64,000 bases of DNA from a virus. The stretch spans positions 42,165-106,164 of the IMG/VR virus record IMGVR_UViG_3300045747_000694; one strand, written 5' to 3'. Below are positions 1 to 11,064 of the stretch, one piece after another. A program made the position numbers and the translations under genes. The notes below the pieces were generated by a model. It was given only the letters and a program-made list of their open reading frames with translations. It ran no database searches and had not been told where the DNA came from. Positions within the stretch are counted from its first letter, which is position 1. Each line of letters opens with the position of its first letter.

Positions 1-1602
1 TCGGTCCGGGTGGCGCTGACCACCAACCTGCCGAACCCGACCACCGCTCCGGGCGCCTCCATCGACGGCGTCACGATGGCGGCCAACGACCGCTTCCTCC
101 TCACCGGCCAGACGACGGCTTCTGAGAACGGCATCTACGTCTGGACGAACGCCACCACGGCGGCGCGCTCTGCGGACGGCTCTGCCGGCATGCTGACCTC
201 TGGTGCCGCGGTCTTCGTGGCGGAAGGCAACCAGGACAACAAGGCCTTCATCCTCACCACCAACGACCCCATCACGGTCGGCTCCACGGCGCAGTCGTGG
301 TCGCAGTTCGTCGGCGTCGGCACCTACACCGCCTCGAACGGCGTCAGCATCTCCACCAACGCCATCAGCGGCGTCGCCAACACGGCGGCCGGCATCGGGG
401 TGGACGCCAGCGGCTTCAAGGTCGTCCTCAACGGCACCAACCCAGGTCTCGCGTTCACCAGCACCTACGTGGACGTGAAGTACGGCAACGGCGTCGCTGC
501 CAGCGCTGCCGGCGTCACCGTCACCCCCAACACCGCGCAGGGCGTGAACGTCAGCGCCTCCGGTGTCGGCGTCACCCTGAACGGCACCAACCCGGGCCTG
601 GCCTTCACGTCCACCTACGTCGACGTGAAGTACAACGCGGCCGGCGCCATCATCGCTACCGCCACCGGCATCTCCCTCAACCTCAACGCCACGAACCCCG
701 GCCTCGCGATCACCACGAACGCGCTGGACATCAAGTACAGCAACGGCACGGCGGCCAGCGCCGCCGGCATCGTGGCGGTGGGCAACGCGGCGCAGGGCAT
801 CAACGTGGGCGCGTCGGGCATCGGCATCACGCTGATGACCAACCCAGGCCTCCAGTTCAACACAGGCCTCGGCGTCCTCATCAACGCCACGGGCGCCTCT
901 GGCACGGCGGGCGGCCTCAACCTGGCTGCCGGCGGCCTCGGCATCTCGCTGGCCACCACGAACCCTGGGCTCTCGGTCACGTCGGGCCTGTCGGTCGTCA
1001 TCGACGCCACGACCACTGGCGGCCTGACCAAGAACGCGAACGGCCTCGCGATCCTGCTCAACGGCACGACCCTCTCGCTCTCCCCCTCTCTGGGCCTCTC
1101 GGTCCTCGGCGTGCCTGCCGCCGGCACCTGGACCATCGGGGGCACGGCCACCTCGGCCAACGTCACCGCGGCCAACCTGACCACCCTGACTGGTGGCGGC
1201 GATGCCTCGGCGCTGCACACCCACGCTGGTCTCTCCTCCTCCGCGGTGGCGTTCAGCTCCACGGTGGGCACGGGCGGCGTGACGAAGGGCGACTGCCTCT
1301 ACTACAGCGCCAACGACACGGTGAACAAGGGCGACCCGACCAACCTCGCCAAGTCCGTCATCTACGGCATCGCCACCTCGACCCAGTCGGCTGCCGCGAC
1401 CGTGCAGGTGCAGACGGACGGCGTGCTGGCCGGTGCTGGCTCCGGATGGACGGCGGGCCAGCAGATCTTCATGTCCACCGCCGGCGGCCTCACCAACGAT
1501 CCCACGACCCTGGCCTCCCGCTCACGCACCATCCAGGTGGGCATCGCCAAGAACGCCACCGATCTCGCCATCTCCGTCCGTGACCTCGGCATGAAGCCGT
1601 AG
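1..1602 (+). CDS. tail-fibre-like repeat protein (5' partial; ORF open to the window start)
   Basis: Frame stays open back to nt 1. Gly/Thr/Ser/Ala/Asn-rich. Tandem ~50-aa repeats carry the NGTNPGLAFTSTYVDVKY motif. Sits directly upstream of the giant fibre gene. Confidence 0.6.
   Translation, partial: SVRVALTTNLPNPTTAPGASIDGVTMAANDRFLLTGQTTASENGIYVWTNATTAARSADGSAGMLTSGAAVFVAEGNQDNKAFILTTNDPITVGSTAQSWSQFVGVGTYTASNGVSISTNAISGVANTAAGIGVDASGFKVVLNGTNPGLAFTSTYVDVKYGNGVAASAAGVTVTPNTAQGVNVSASGVGVTLNGTNPGLAFTSTYVDVKYNAAGAIIATATGISLNLNATNPGLAITTNALDIKYSNGTAASAAGIVAVGNAAQGINVGASGIGITLMTNPGLQFNTGLGVLINATGASGTAGGLNLAAGGLGISLATTNPGLSVTSGLSVVIDATTTGGLTKNANGLAILLNGTTLSLSPSLGLSVLGVPAAGTWTIGGTATSANVTAANLTTLTGGGDASALHTHAGLSSSAVAFSSTVGTGGVTKGDCLYYSANDTVNKGDPTNLAKSVIYGIATSTQSAAATVQVQTDGVLAGAGSGWTAGQQIFMSTAGGLTNDPTTLASRSRTIQVGIAKNATDLAISVRDLGMKP
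400..1020 (+). repeat. tandem ~150-bp coding repeats (TNPGL motif) inside the fibre gene
   Basis: Near-identical DNA segments ggcaccaacccaggtctcgcgttcaccagcacctacgtggacgtgaagtac at ~430 and ~585; further degenerate copies run to ~1000. Confidence 0.55.
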
Positions 1603-1624
1603 CAGCGGGCAGTGAGGGAAGTGC

Positions 1625-4600
1625 ATGGCCCTCGTATACCCGCTGGTCAACGACACCACTGGGCAGTTCGAAGAGCCCATCAACTACCAGGCCGACAGCC
1701 TGGTGGCTGGTGGTCTCTACGTTCAGAAGACGACGACCAGTCTCACCACCCCCACCTCAACGACGGGCCTCACCTACGACGGCACGAACACCTTCGTGGT
1801 CCTCAAGACCGAGGGCACGAAGATCTCCTTCCAGGTCGCCGGGAGCGAGCTCGCCACAGTCGACGGCGGCGGGATCGACGCTCTGTCCTACGACTCGCTG
1901 ACGAGCGTGCAGCTGAACATCGGCGTCACCAACGCCACCTCGCTCGTACTTGGCAAGACAGCGGTCCCTACAACGGTGATGAGCACGCTGAAGCTCGTTA
2001 CGGGGGACGGCTCTTCCACCTACACCACGCCGCAGGTCAGCCTGGGCTACGCGGGGTCCAACCAGTACCCGCACTTCATCCACACCAGGCACAACACGGT
2101 GGCTGCCAACAGCGCCATCGACTTCTACGTCAACGACGGGACGCTCGCAGGAGTCTTCCCCACCAACGCCACCCTCTCCGGCTTCATGGACTACCAGGGG
2201 TGGAACGGCAACGTGATGGGCCCCGCGGCCGCATCCCTCAAGCTCAAGGGCTTGATGGTGGATGGTGCCTCTGCGGTCAGCATCATCAACGACTCCCCTG
2301 CCTACTCCACGGCCGGGGCGAAGCTCCTCTCGGTTCGCAACAACACCGTGGAGAAGATGTACGTCGACAAGGATGGAGGCGTGTACTCGCAGGCAGGCTT
2401 CTCTGCCCTCGGCGGGTACTTCGTCCTCTCCTCTGGTGGCTCGTTCTTGGGGTACGCAGGACAGGCTGCCCGCATGGAAGGCCGGATGGTCGACGGCTCA
2501 ACCGCCGTCGGCAACGTGCTCGACACCTTCGCCATCACGTACTCGACGGCAGGAGCAAAGCTCGTCTCGTTCCGCAACGCAGGGACGGAGAAGGCCTACG
2601 TCGACAAGGACGGCAAGTTCTGGTCTGCCGGCTCCGGAGTTGCCACGATCCCCTACGTGCAGAGCAAGGGGATGAACCTCATCGCCAACGGCACGGGGCT
2701 CCTTGGCACCAACTACAACTTCTCGAGCTTCACCTTCACCGGGGCGGAAGCCTACGGCGCTCCTGGCAGCTTCTACTCCGACACCCTGAGCGGTGGCTAC
2801 TCCAACGACGAACTGCTCCCAGTCGACCCGGGCAAGTACTACGAGCTTCGGCTGTGGGCGAAGGCAGTGTCGGCCGCGTCGCCAGTGCACGCCTACTTCG
2901 GCGGTTCGTTCTTCGACGCTGACCAGCTCAGCCTCTTGCCCTACTTCCATATGCGGGTGGCTGGGACCGACACCACCCTCGCCGCCCCCTTGAAGGTGGG
3001 TGACACCACCATCACGCTGACGAGCAGCGCGAACTGGTACCTCGGCTCGACGACGTACGTGCGCCAGATCATCATCTGGGGCTACAAGAACTCCTTCGGC
3101 TACCAGTACGCGCCCTACACGTACAGCCGGTACACCACCAACACCCTCGGCGCGCCCTGGAGCTCGGGGGCTTGGGCGCAGACCACAGGCATCTCTGGCA
3201 ACGTCATCACGTTGGCTGCCCCTTGGCCTGCCTCCCACAACAACCCAGACGATCCAACCAACGGCTGGCCTGCCGGGACGCCGGTCTCGAACTCCAGCTC
3301 TGGGGGCACCTTCAAGTACTTCGCCGCGGCCAACGTCACAACGGCTGCGACATGGCTCGAGTACCGAGGACAGATCGGCTCTCTCGACTTGAGCGGTAAC
3401 AACGACACCTACTCGTTCCCGCCAGGTTCGGCGTACATGAAGCTCCTGTTCCTGTTCAACCGGGACACGGGGGCCACCGCGAGCCGCACCTACCTCTCGA
3501 ACATCTGGTTCAGCGAGATGACTTCGCTGACTATGCTCACACCGGCCAACAGCGCCTCGGCGGGCACGACGATCGTGAACTCGCCTGCTCTCACGATGCG
3601 CGGCCAGTACTGGAACGGCTCGGCTTCGGTCAACATCGACGCGAGCCTCGTCCACGTCGTGCAGACCACGGGGCCCACCACCAGGCTGGCCTTCAACGTG
3701 GCCGGTGCAGAGCGCGCCTCGGTGGACTCGGGCGGCACGGTCACTGCTTCCTACTACGCCTCGTCCATCGGCTGGATCTACTCGAGCACTGCTGCCACCC
3801 CGATGAAGGTGCGCGGCAATGCGGACGCCACAGGCTCCATCGCTGTTCAGATCGGCAACCAGACCACCCTCACGGGGGGCAGAATCGTTTCCTTCTGCAT
3901 CGACTCGTCGATGGCGACGGAGAAGGCCTCCATCGACTACACCGGTGCCTTCTTCGGGTACAGCTACGACGCACTGATCGGGCAGGGGCTGACCATCGGA
4001 GGCACCAACGCCACTACGGTCACGTTGGGCAAGAACGGCGTTGGAACGACCGCAGCTGGGGCGCTGACCGTCGTTGGCGGTGGGACGCTCGGTTGGTCGC
4101 CCTTCATGATCACCGGCACGCAGCCGGACGTCCTGTACGGCGGTCAGGTCACCAACATCTACGGCTTCCTCGGTACCGGTGCGTACTACGCCAGCCTCAA
4201 CTGGCGCTCTCCAACGACCTACGCGTCGAACATCCGCTTCGGAGGCTCCGGCGGCACGCTGGGCAACATCGAGTTCACCACCGACACAGGTCTCACGGCG
4301 AACACCAACTACACGCCGACGGTGAGGATGACTGTTGCTGCCAATGGCACGATCGCCATCGTCGGTTCGGTCACTGCTGCCTCGATCTCTCTCGGCGGCA
4401 CCAGCATCCTCGCAGGCTTCAACGATCGCACGACCAGCACGCTCGGCTTCGTCGACGGCACTCGCGTCTTCACTCTCTCGACGGGTAGCTCCTTCGTCTT
4501 CTGGGCAAACAACGTCAAGTACACGAAGAGCACCAGCCAGACCGTCACCATTGCCAACACGGTCGGTCAGCACTTCATCTACGAAGATGCCACTGGCACA

Positions 4601-7600
4601 CTCGTCGAGAGCACATCCCCGTGGAGCATCGACAGCGACCAGATCGCCCCCGTCGCCACCGTCTACTGGGATGGCGCGAAGGGCGTGATCGGCGACGAGC
4701 GCCACAATGCCTTCCGCAATCGCCAGGCGCACGTCTACCTGCACAACACCCGCGGCACTGCTTACGACTCTGGCCTCGCCGGCACCTTCACCAACACCAC
4801 GCTCTCCGTCGCCACGGGCGTCATCTGGGACGAGGACATCAAGTTCTCGCTGACTGGTCCGTTCACCGCCTGCCGCCTCTGGTACACCACGACCGGCGGT
4901 ACGGTGATGACGTCGAACACGGCGAGCACCACGCCGTATGCGGTGAACACTGGCACGCTCCAGTATGACAACGCCGGCACGCTTACCAATGTCGCGGCCA
5001 ACAGCTACGTCGTCAACTGGGTCTACGCGACGAACGACAAGGACTACCCGATTGCAGTGGTGGTCAGTCAGGCCGTCTACACCACACTGATCGGCGGCGC
5101 TCGACAGGCGACGCAGCCCACGTTCCCGAATCTCAACACGAGAGAGTGGAAGCTCCTCTACAGCATCACGTATCGCAACGTCGCCGGGGTCGTCACCTAT
5201 ACGGAGCAGACCGACTACCGCAACGTCTCCTCTCTCCCGAATGCTGGCGTCACCTCACTGCCTGCGAGCTCTGTCACTGTCACGCCCGCTGGCAGCTTCA
5301 CTGGCGCGGCGAACGTGCAGGCCGCCCTCGAGATCCTCGACGCGGTGAAGAGCACGACGGGGCCGACCGGGCCGCAAGGCGCCACCGGACCGGTAGGGCC
5401 GCAGGGTGTGACTGGTGTGACGGGGCCGACGGGGGCACGGGGCGCAACCGGCGTCGACGGAGTCACGGGCGTCACCGGCCCGACAGGCGCGCGAGGAGCC
5501 ACCGGGGTCACGGGGGCTACTGGCCCCATCGGACCTCAGGGCGTGACCGGAGCTACTGGTCCCGTCGGCCCACAGGGCGCCACTGGCCTTCAGGGCATCC
5601 AGGGCTTCACCGGCGTGACTGGTGCTACCGGACCCGTTGGCCCACAAGGAGTGACGGGAGCCACAGGCCCCGTCGGACCGCAGGGGCCGACGGGCGCAGC
5701 CATCACCGGCGCACAGGGGATCCAGGGGCCGACCGGGGCCGCGATCACAGGAGCGGTTGGTCCCCAAGGGCCGACAGGCGTCACCGGCGCTCGCGGTGCA
5801 GATGGTGTGACGGGAGCTACCGGCCCCACCGGGCCCGTTGGCGCGCAGGGAGTGACTGGGTGGACCGGGCCTACCGGGGCACGCGGTGCGACGGGAGTGG
5901 ACGGCGTCACGGGCGTGACCGGGCCCACAGGAGCTCGGGGCGCTACCGGCGTCACTGGAGCTCAAGGCATTCAGGGCATTCAGGGAGTGACGGGCTTCAC
6001 TGGCCCGCAGGGAGCACAGGGGCCAACTGGTGCCGCCATCACTGGGCCGCAAGGAGTGACTGGGGCAACTGGGCCCGTGGGGCCTCAAGGGCCCACTGGT
6101 GCTCTCGGCCCCACCGGCGCCGGCAGCTTCCCCAACGGCGCGAGCGGCTACGTCCAGATCCATGGCGGCGCCATCTTCGACAGCAGCGCGAACTTCTTCT
6201 ACACGAAGCACAACAACACGCTCAACGTCAGCACCATCGACGCCGTCAGCCCGAACCCTCTGACCCTCCTGGGCAGCGCGACGGGTGGCGCGACGGGTGG
6301 CGCGCTCATCTTCGATCAGACTCCGGCGATCACGGTCTCGGGCGGCAAGCTCGTCTCCTTCCGCAACGCTGGAGTGGAGAAGGCGTACCTCGACATGTCG
6401 GGCTACCTCGTCACCTCCGGCGGGGCAACCATCACCGGAACCTTGGACGTTCTCGGTGGGTGGGTTCGCGCCGGCACGCTCATCTCGACGGACATCCAGC
6501 CCTACAACGCTGGTCCGGTCACCATCACCGGAACTGGCACCACTAGCGGCACTGCCGTCTCGGTCATCGTCCACAACCTCACCAACCTCACCACTGCGGG
6601 CGACAAGCTGATGTCGTTCCGTTCGGTGGGCAGCACCGAGGTCGCTTACGTCGACTACGTTGGCACCGTCTACGGCGCCGGGTTCAACACATCAGGTGCC
6701 ACGTACGGTGCGAGCACGGCTTCGATGACGTACTTGTACGCCTCGAACGCCAACATCGACTTGATTCAGTCGAACACCAGCGTCACTCTCCAACTCGTTG
6801 GTCGGGTGGTTACGGGCTCTTCGGCCATTGGCGTCACCATCAACAACGGCAACTCACTCACCACCGCTGGTGCGAAGCTCGTCTCCTTCCAGAACGCGAC
6901 GGTGGAGAAGCTCTACATCGACAAGGATGGCTTCCTTCATGGCGTTGGCACCACAGGCGGAGTGAACGTCGTCATCGACACCAACTCTACCTTCACCGGC
7001 TCCGGCAAGCTCCTGAGCGTCCGCAACACGGGCGGGGATGTCTTCACGGTGGATGCTGGTGGCTTCGTCACAGCCAACGAGTACCGCCCCAACTCTGCGA
7101 CCTCGACGGTGACCTTGGCGGGCACTGTTGCGGCGGGTACCACTACCGGTTCGGTCATCCTCAACACGACCACGGCGCTGACCACGTCAGGTGCCAAGAT
7201 TGTCTCGATTCGCAACGCCGGAACGGAGGTCGCGTCGATCTCGAAGGAAGGCACCATCACCGGCAGCGACATCTACGCCATCCGGTCCGGCGCCACTACC
7301 ACGGGGGTCATCTACCTTGGCAGCGGCGGCGCTCGGTACCTCTACTACGACGGGTCTCAGTACGTCCTGAATGGCGCGGCACTGACGGTCGGAGGCATCG
7401 TCTACGCCACCGACTTCTCGGCATCGTCCGACTACCGGCTGAAGAGCGACATCATCACCATCCCGGATGCGCTGGAGCGGGTGATCTCGCTGCGGGGCGT
7501 CAACTACACACGCAAGGACGACGAGAACAAGCACTTGCACATGGGCGTCATCGCCCAGGAGGTGGAAGCGATTGTTCCAGAGGTGGTCAGCACCGACGAG

Positions 7601-7705
7601 AGTGGTATGAAGTCCGTGAGCTACCAGAGCCTGGTGGGCATCCTCATCGAGGCGATCAAGGGCCTGAAGGCCGAGATCATGGAGCTCAAGGAGGACTTGG
7701 CATGA
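1625..7705 (+). CDS. giant tail fibre/tailspike (2,026 aa) with collagen-like region and C-terminal S74 intramolecular-chaperone auto-processing domain
   Basis: ATG 1625 follows GAGGGAAG. Long beta-rich Gly/Thr/Ser sequence. A ~30-aa motif [22 protein letters not shown] recurs at least 7 times. The Gly-X-Y region lies at ~5350-6125. The C-terminus SDYRLKSDI...[17 protein letters not shown]...[16 protein letters not shown] matches the endosialidase/tailspike S74 chaperone domain. Confidence 0.85.
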   Translation: MALVYPLVNDTTGQFEEPINYQADSLVAGGLYVQKTTTSLTTPTSTTGLTYDGTNTFVVLKTEGTKISFQVAGSELATVDGGGIDALSYDSLTSVQLNIGVTNATSLVLGKTAVPTTVMSTLKLVTGDGSSTYTTPQVSLGYAGSNQYPHFIHTRHNTVAANSAIDFYVNDGTLAGVFPTNATLSGFMDYQGWNGNVMGPAAASLKLKGLMVDGASAVSIINDSPAYSTAGAKLLSVRNNTVEKMYVDKDGGVYSQAGFSALGGYFVLSSGGSFLGYAGQAARMEGRMVDGSTAVGNVLDTFAITYSTAGAKLVSFRNAGTEKAYVDKDGKFWSAGSGVATIPYVQSKGMNLIANGTGLLGTNYNFSSFTFTGAEAYGAPGSFYSDTLSGGYSNDELLPVDPGKYYELRLWAKAVSAASPVHAYFGGSFFDADQLSLLPYFHMRVAGTDTTLAAPLKVGDTTITLTSSANWYLGSTTYVRQIIIWGYKNSFGYQYAPYTYSRYTTNTLGAPWSSGAWAQTTGISGNVITLAAPWPASHNNPDDPTNGWPAGTPVSNSSSGGTFKYFAAANVTTAATWLEYRGQIGSLDLSGNNDTYSFPPGSAYMKLLFLFNRDTGATASRTYLSNIWFSEMTSLTMLTPANSASAGTTIVNSPALTMRGQYWNGSASVNIDASLVHVVQTTGPTTRLAFNVAGAERASVDSGGTVTASYYASSIGWIYSSTAATPMKVRGNADATGSIAVQIGNQTTLTGGRIVSFCIDSSMATEKASIDYTGAFFGYSYDALIGQGLTIGGTNATTVTLGKNGVGTTAAGALTVVGGGTLGWSPFMITGTQPDVLYGGQVTNIYGFLGTGAYYASLNWRSPTTYASNIRFGGSGGTLGNIEFTTDTGLTANTNYTPTVRMTVAANGTIAIVGSVTAASISLGGTSILAGFNDRTTSTLGFVDGTRVFTLSTGSSFVFWANNVKYTKSTSQTVTIANTVGQHFIYEDATGTLVESTSPWSIDSDQIAPVATVYWDGAKGVIGDERHNAFRNRQAHVYLHNTRGTAYDSGLAGTFTNTTLSVATGVIWDEDIKFSLTGPFTACRLWYTTTGGTVMTSNTASTTPYAVNTGTLQYDNAGTLTNVAANSYVVNWVYATNDKDYPIAVVVSQAVYTTLIGGARQATQPTFPNLNTREWKLLYSITYRNVAGVVTYTEQTDYRNVSSLPNAGVTSLPASSVTVTPAGSFTGAANVQAALEILDAVKSTTGPTGPQGATGPVGPQGVTGVTGPTGARGATGVDGVTGVTGPTGARGATGVTGATGPIGPQGVTGATGPVGPQGATGLQGIQGFTGVTGATGPVGPQGVTGATGPVGPQGPTGAAITGAQGIQGPTGAAITGAVGPQGPTGVTGARGADGVTGATGPTGPVGAQGVTGWTGPTGARGATGVDGVTGVTGPTGARGATGVTGAQGIQGIQGVTGFTGPQGAQGPTGAAITGPQGVTGATGPVGPQGPTGALGPTGAGSFPNGASGYVQIHGGAIFDSSANFFYTKHNNTLNVSTIDAVSPNPLTLLGSATGGATGGALIFDQTPAITVSGGKLVSFRNAGVEKAYLDMSGYLVTSGGATITGTLDVLGGWVRAGTLISTDIQPYNAGPVTITGTGTTSGTAVSVIVHNLTNLTTAGDKLMSFRSVGSTEVAYVDYVGTVYGAGFNTSGATYGASTASMTYLYASNANIDLIQSNTSVTLQLVGRVVTGSSAIGVTINNGNSLTTAGAKLVSFQNATVEKLYIDKDGFLHGVGTTGGVNVVIDTNSTFTGSGKLLSVRNTGGDVFTVDAGGFVTANEYRPNSATSTVTLAGTVAAGTTTGSVILNTTTALTTSGAKIVSIRNAGTEVASISKEGTITGSDIYAIRSGATTTGVIYLGSGGARYLYYDGSQYVLNGAALTVGGIVYATDFSASSDYRLKSDIITIPDALERVISLRGVNYTRKDDENKHLHMGVIAQEVEAIVPEVVSTDESGMKSVSYQSLVGILIEAIKGLKAEIMELKEDLA
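5350..6125 (+). repeat. collagen-like Gly-X-Y triplet-repeat region (~258 aa) inside the fibre gene, with an internal duplicated block
   Basis: Continuous [19 protein letters not shown]... triplets. The block [33 protein letters not shown] occurs twice (~5430 and ~5880). Confidence 0.85.
7337..7705 (+). other. peptidase S74 / intramolecular chaperone domain of the fibre (predicted autocleavage at the Ser of SSDYRLK)
   Basis: Consensus SDxRLKxNI...GxIAQEV...LIEAIKxL recognised by eye in the last ~120 aa. Confidence 0.75.
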
Positions 7706-8826
7706 GCAAGCGCCGTGAGTTCCACATGGACTTGAACCTGACCAACCAGTGCAGCCTGCGCTGCACCTACTGCGTCGAGACGGGCCTCTTCAAGGCCAAG
7801 AACTGCGACGAGATCATCCCCCAGTTCTACGAGTGGATCGACCGCTTCATCGTGTCCGACTTCTTCAAGGCCTCGTTCGACGTCCTCCACATCTCTCTCT
7901 GGGGAGGCGAGCCCACATTGGAGTGGGATACCATCTTCAGGCTGATGGAACGGTACCTCGGGGACAACCGCGTGATGTTCATGCTGTACACGAACGGCTA
8001 CAGCGTTCCTGGGTCTCTTCGGAAGATGATCGTCAACGCGAGCGAGCTCCACAAGAAGGACCCCGACAAGCACTCGGAGTTCCGTCTTCAGGTCTCCTAC
8101 GATGGCCAGCCCATCCACGACCTGTGCAGAAGGACAGTGGACGGCAAGCCCACCGCTGACCAAGTGCTCAAGACGTTGCGGTGGGCACAGGACGCAGGCG
8201 TGGAGCATAGCGTCAAGTCCACCATCACCTTCGACACGCTCAAGCACCTCTACGAGGCATGGGCCGACGTGAACGCCATCAGCAGCGGGAGGTACTCTTA
8301 CTTCCCCACGCTGGACTACGTTCACTTTGCCACCCCGGAGCAGGTCAAGCTGCTGGACGGGTACATCGAGGAGATGAAGACGGGCATGAAGAGGATCGCC
8401 GCGGCGCTGCTGACCGCGAAGCGTGAGGGGAAGGCCGCCTCCGAGTTCAGGTGGTTCCGCCCCTCTCGAGACAAGTGCGCGGCCGGCATTCGCCTGTTCG
8501 GCCTGGATGTGGATGGCAAGATCTACTCTTGCCACTCGGCCATGTACTCGCCGGCCAAGAGCGACCACCTCATCGGCACGCTCGCTGACGACTTCTCCAT
8601 CTTCGAGAAGTCTGTGAGCAAGCACCCCAACACCCGCCCGGCGGAGTGCTCGTCCTGCGACGCGATCTTCTGCGTCAGCTGCAACACCACCAAGTACCCG
8701 CTCTCTTCCAAGGGAACCTACGAGGAGAGGTGGTCGGACTACACGGTCGTCGAGAGCTCGTGCCGCGTCTACCGAGAGATGGGCAAGGTCACCAGAGCCT
8801 ACATCCAGTTGAGGGATGCGACCTGA
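7702..8826 (+). CDS. radical SAM enzyme with C-terminal SPASM domain (anSME-like peptide/protein-modifying maturase)
   Basis: CSLRCTYC (CxxxCxxC) at residues 17-24. GGEPTL SAM-binding motif. C-terminal Cys clusters [19 protein letters not shown] ... [14 protein letters not shown] typical of SPASM. The start ATG overlaps the fibre stop (ATGA). Confidence 0.85.
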   Translation: MSKRREFHMDLNLTNQCSLRCTYCVETGLFKAKNCDEIIPQFYEWIDRFIVSDFFKASFDVLHISLWGGEPTLEWDTIFRLMERYLGDNRVMFMLYTNGYSVPGSLRKMIVNASELHKKDPDKHSEFRLQVSYDGQPIHDLCRRTVDGKPTADQVLKTLRWAQDAGVEHSVKSTITFDTLKHLYEAWADVNAISSGRYSYFPTLDYVHFATPEQVKLLDGYIEEMKTGMKRIAAALLTAKREGKAASEFRWFRPSRDKCAAGIRLFGLDVDGKIYSCHSAMYSPAKSDHLIGTLADDFSIFEKSVSKHPNTRPAECSSCDAIFCVSCNTTKYPLSSKGTYEERWSDYTVVESSCRVYREMGKVTRAYIQLRDAT

Positions 8827-9518
8827 TGGCCACGATGAGGCACAAGATTCGCGGTGACGCGTTCTTGTTCGACATCATGCAGCCCATCCTCGATCTGAGC
8901 TACTCCGGGGACCTGGCGGGTGCCTTGGCCCAGCTGGAGGCGCTCGAGATGCCAGCGACGCTCGACAGGGGACGGGACCTCCACGTCTGGTTCCAGGTCA
9001 GCGCAGAGAAGCTGCGCCACTACGTCAAGCTGTCGCGCTCGACCGATGCCGCCCGCACCGCCTCGCAGATGATCCGGGTCGACGTCGTCAAGCTCGAGGC
9101 GATGGTTGATGAGTTCTGGGCCTGGGGCTTCACCATCGGACTCCTCCAGTACATGAGGTCGATCGACGCGACCAACTTCATGACCAATGCGGAGCTGAAG
9201 CCCTACCGGGACTTCATCGAGAGCACCAAGCACCTCGATGACAACCCCAAGGGGCCGTTCATCTACGACATCTACCTCCTGAGCATGCGGTGTGCGCTGG
9301 ACATGAGGAGCAGTGCCCCGACGGACGAGGTCTTCAACGAGCTCCTCTCCAAGATGACCGTGCCGAACATCGACCTCCTGAAGTTCGGCCACATCCTGTT
9401 GTTGGACTACGTCGCGAGAGCGCTTACTATCCTTTGCAAGCTCTTGGGCAAAGATGCCGCGGTGGCTGAGCAGGTGGCGACTCTTTCGGCCCTCATCAGC
9501 AACTTGCCGCACGACTAG
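8826..9518 (+). CDS. hypothetical helical protein, coupled by overlapping stop/start codons between the rSAM gene and the Cys-repeat/Hint gene
   Basis: ATG overlaps the rSAM stop (TGATG). 230 aa with no recognisable motif. Candidate partner or recognition protein. Confidence 0.5.
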   Translation: MATMRHKIRGDAFLFDIMQPILDLSYSGDLAGALAQLEALEMPATLDRGRDLHVWFQVSAEKLRHYVKLSRSTDAARTASQMIRVDVVKLEAMVDEFWAWGFTIGLLQYMRSIDATNFMTNAELKPYRDFIESTKHLDDNPKGPFIYDIYLLSMRCALDMRSSAPTDEVFNELLSKMTVPNIDLLKFGHILLLDYVARALTILCKLLGKDAAVAEQVATLSALISNLPHD

Positions 9519-9526
9519 GACCGACC

Positions 9527-10189
9527 ATGCTACCGACAACTGGGACCATCAGGCTGAGGGGGGCTACGAGTACCGATACGAATGCGGTCAGTGTCGAGAT
9601 CTTTGGCACGCCCACCAACCTCAACCTCACGGCAACCATCGTCCGAACGCTGTTCGCTCTGGCGAGTGGCACGATCAAGCTGACGGATGGGTACGGCCAC
9701 TGCTACTCGAACTGCGGCTGCGATGCGAACTGCGGGTGTGATGTGAACTGCACCTGCGACGCCAATGGCGGCTGTATCTGCGACCTCTGCCCGTCCCCCG
9801 ACGTGCCCCTCGAGATGGCGGATGGCTCGGAGAAGCCAGCTGGCGAGATCGTGGTCGGGGACCTGGTCACCGCGTGGGACGAGGAGAAGCGTATCCTCAG
9901 CCCTCGCCGCATCACGTACGTCAAGCGGGGCGAGAACGTCAGGATGAGTCTCCTCCTGAGCAACGGCAAGTCTGGTGAGTTCGCCGTGAACCATCGCTTC
10001 CTCACGATCAGCAACACGTGGGCGGAGCTTCGGGACCTGAAGGTGGGCGACATCCTCTCGACTGGCGTCTCAGTGCTGGGGACGATGCTGACTGGCCCAG
10101 GCCCTGTGATCTCCATGCTCGTGGATGAGCTGCACACCTACGTCACGCTCGGCGTGGTGTCCCACAACGCCAAGTGCGGTAACCTCTGA
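9527..10189 (+). CDS. Cys-repeat peptide fused to a Hint (Hedgehog/intein-like, BIL-type) autoprocessing domain
   Basis: Residues 59-88 are CYSNCGCDANCGCDVNCTCDANGGCICDLC (10 Cys; CDANCG-type repeats). A Hint domain follows from Cys88: C-PSPDVPLEMADGSEKPAGEIVVGDLV...NHRFLT...ELHTYVTLGVVSHN. Blocks A, B and F/G are recognisable and it ends in HN. Confidence 0.75.
   Translation: MLPTTGTIRLRGATSTDTNAVSVEIFGTPTNLNLTATIVRTLFALASGTIKLTDGYGHCYSNCGCDANCGCDVNCTCDANGGCICDLCPSPDVPLEMADGSEKPAGEIVVGDLVTAWDEEKRILSPRRITYVKRGENVRMSLLLSNGKSGEFAVNHRFLTISNTWAELRDLKVGDILSTGVSVLGTMLTGPGPVISMLVDELHTYVTLGVVSHNAKCGNL
9788..10168 (+). other. Hint domain portion of the 9527..10189 protein
   Basis: N-terminal Cys, a TxxH-like block (NHRFLT) and a C-terminal VSHN. 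Confidence 0.65.
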
Positions 10190-10196
10190 GGTCACC

Positions 10197-10496
10197 ATGC
10201 TGAATGTCAACATCACCAACGACGACCTGACCGATGTGTCGCTCAGCACCTTCGAGCCGCGTGAGCGCGCCTCCATCGAGGCCGCTGTGCTCCTCATCGC
10301 GGCCAAGGAGGTGATCGCTTCCTACGAGCCCCTCTACGGTGAGATGCTGAGCGTGCAGGCCCACCATCTGCTGGGCCCGCTCAGGAAGAGGAAGCACGAC
10401 GAGGCCTTGGCGGCCCAGGCCAGACTGAAGGACGAAGTGGACGGCATCGCCAACGACATCCAGAAGTTCACCATCGAAGGGAGCAAGAAGCCATGA
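10197..10496 (+). CDS. hypothetical protein (100 aa)
   Basis: ATG 8 nt after the upstream stop; same operon. Confidence 0.45.
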   Translation: MLNVNITNDDLTDVSLSTFEPRERASIEAAVLLIAAKEVIASYEPLYGEMLSVQAHHLLGPLRKRKHDEALAAQARLKDEVDGIANDIQKFTIEGSKKP

Positions 10497-10639
10497 ACAC
10501 CAACGACGCCCCGAAGCTCGAGCCGGTCACTGGCACCAAGACCGGGTGGGCTGCCATCCCTGCCCCCACCAAGTACGTCGTCGGAGCGGTGGTGGCTTTC
10601 GTCATCATCGTCGCCGTGGTCGCGCTGAAGTTCAGGTAA
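10493..10639 (+). CDS. small single-pass membrane protein (48 aa; holin-like?)
   Basis: ATGA overlap with the upstream stop. Hydrophobic stretch VVGAVVAFVIIVAVVAL. Below the ORF-track cutoff. Confidence 0.35.
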   Translation: MNTNDAPKLEPVTGTKTGWAAIPAPTKYVVGAVVAFVIIVAVVALKFR

Positions 10640-10644
10640 CCGCC

Positions 10645-10950
10645 ATGGCCCTTCAGCTCAACCTCACCGCAGAGAAGACCGGCGTCGGCGTCGCCTCCCC
10701 GGAGGCGTATGCGCGCATCGTGCACCTCGCCTTCGACACCAAGACGGGCAAGGTCACGCTGTCCGTCGACATCCACTACGACCAGGCGGCCCGGGCGGCC
10801 AACAAGTCTCCCGTCAGCGGAGGGATCTACTCCGGCTTCGTGGGCATCGACATGCCCAGCATCGACGTGGCCCTGGCCGAAGGGGTGCGTGCCGTGCTCT
10901 ACGCCTGGCTGAAGACCCAGGCCGACTTCACCGGCGCCACGGACGTCTAG
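10645..10950 (+). CDS. hypothetical protein (101 aa)
   Basis: ATG 10645; coding-like composition. Confidence 0.45.
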   Translation: MALQLNLTAEKTGVGVASPEAYARIVHLAFDTKTGKVTLSVDIHYDQAARAANKSPVSGGIYSGFVGIDMPSIDVALAEGVRAVLYAWLKTQADFTGATDV

Positions 10951-10952
10951 CC

Positions 10953-11054
10953 GTGCTGCTCAAGGTGGCCAAGGGTGTCTTGCTCTGGGCCTCTGTAGCA
11001 GTCCTGCTCGTGTGGTGGGTGCACACCAACAAGCACCGCGACCCTGAAGGCTAA
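10953..11054 (+). CDS. possible small hydrophobic peptide (33 aa, GTG start)
   Basis: VLLKVAKGVLLWASVAVLLVWWVH... followed by a strong hairpin. Confidence 0.2.
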   Translation: MLLKVAKGVLLWASVAVLLVWWVHTNKHRDPEG

Positions 11055-11064
11055 GAAAGAAGAA

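Noticed and set aside
297-1583. 428-aa Arg/His-rich + strand ORF (and 203..478, 615..1271 -) overlapping the fibre gene
   Set aside because: Alternative frames of a GC-rich gene. Extreme R/H/G/P low complexity. The in-frame fibre with tandem repeats explains the region.
2498-4744. 748-aa minus-strand ORF antisense to the giant fibre gene
   Set aside because: Antisense GC-rich open frame (Arg/Gly/Asp/Val-rich, no motifs). The fibre ORF is continuous and ends in an S74 domain.
5350-6125. Periodic DNA repeats that could be taken for a CRISPR array or non-coding tandem repeat
   Set aside because: No spacer/repeat architecture. The 9-bp periodicity is Gly-X-Y coding inside a continuous ORF.
5146-6574. 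466-aa + and 439-aa - ORFs across the collagen region
   Set aside because: Frame-shifted readings of (GGN-NNN-NNN)n triplet-repeat DNA; all three frames stay open there.
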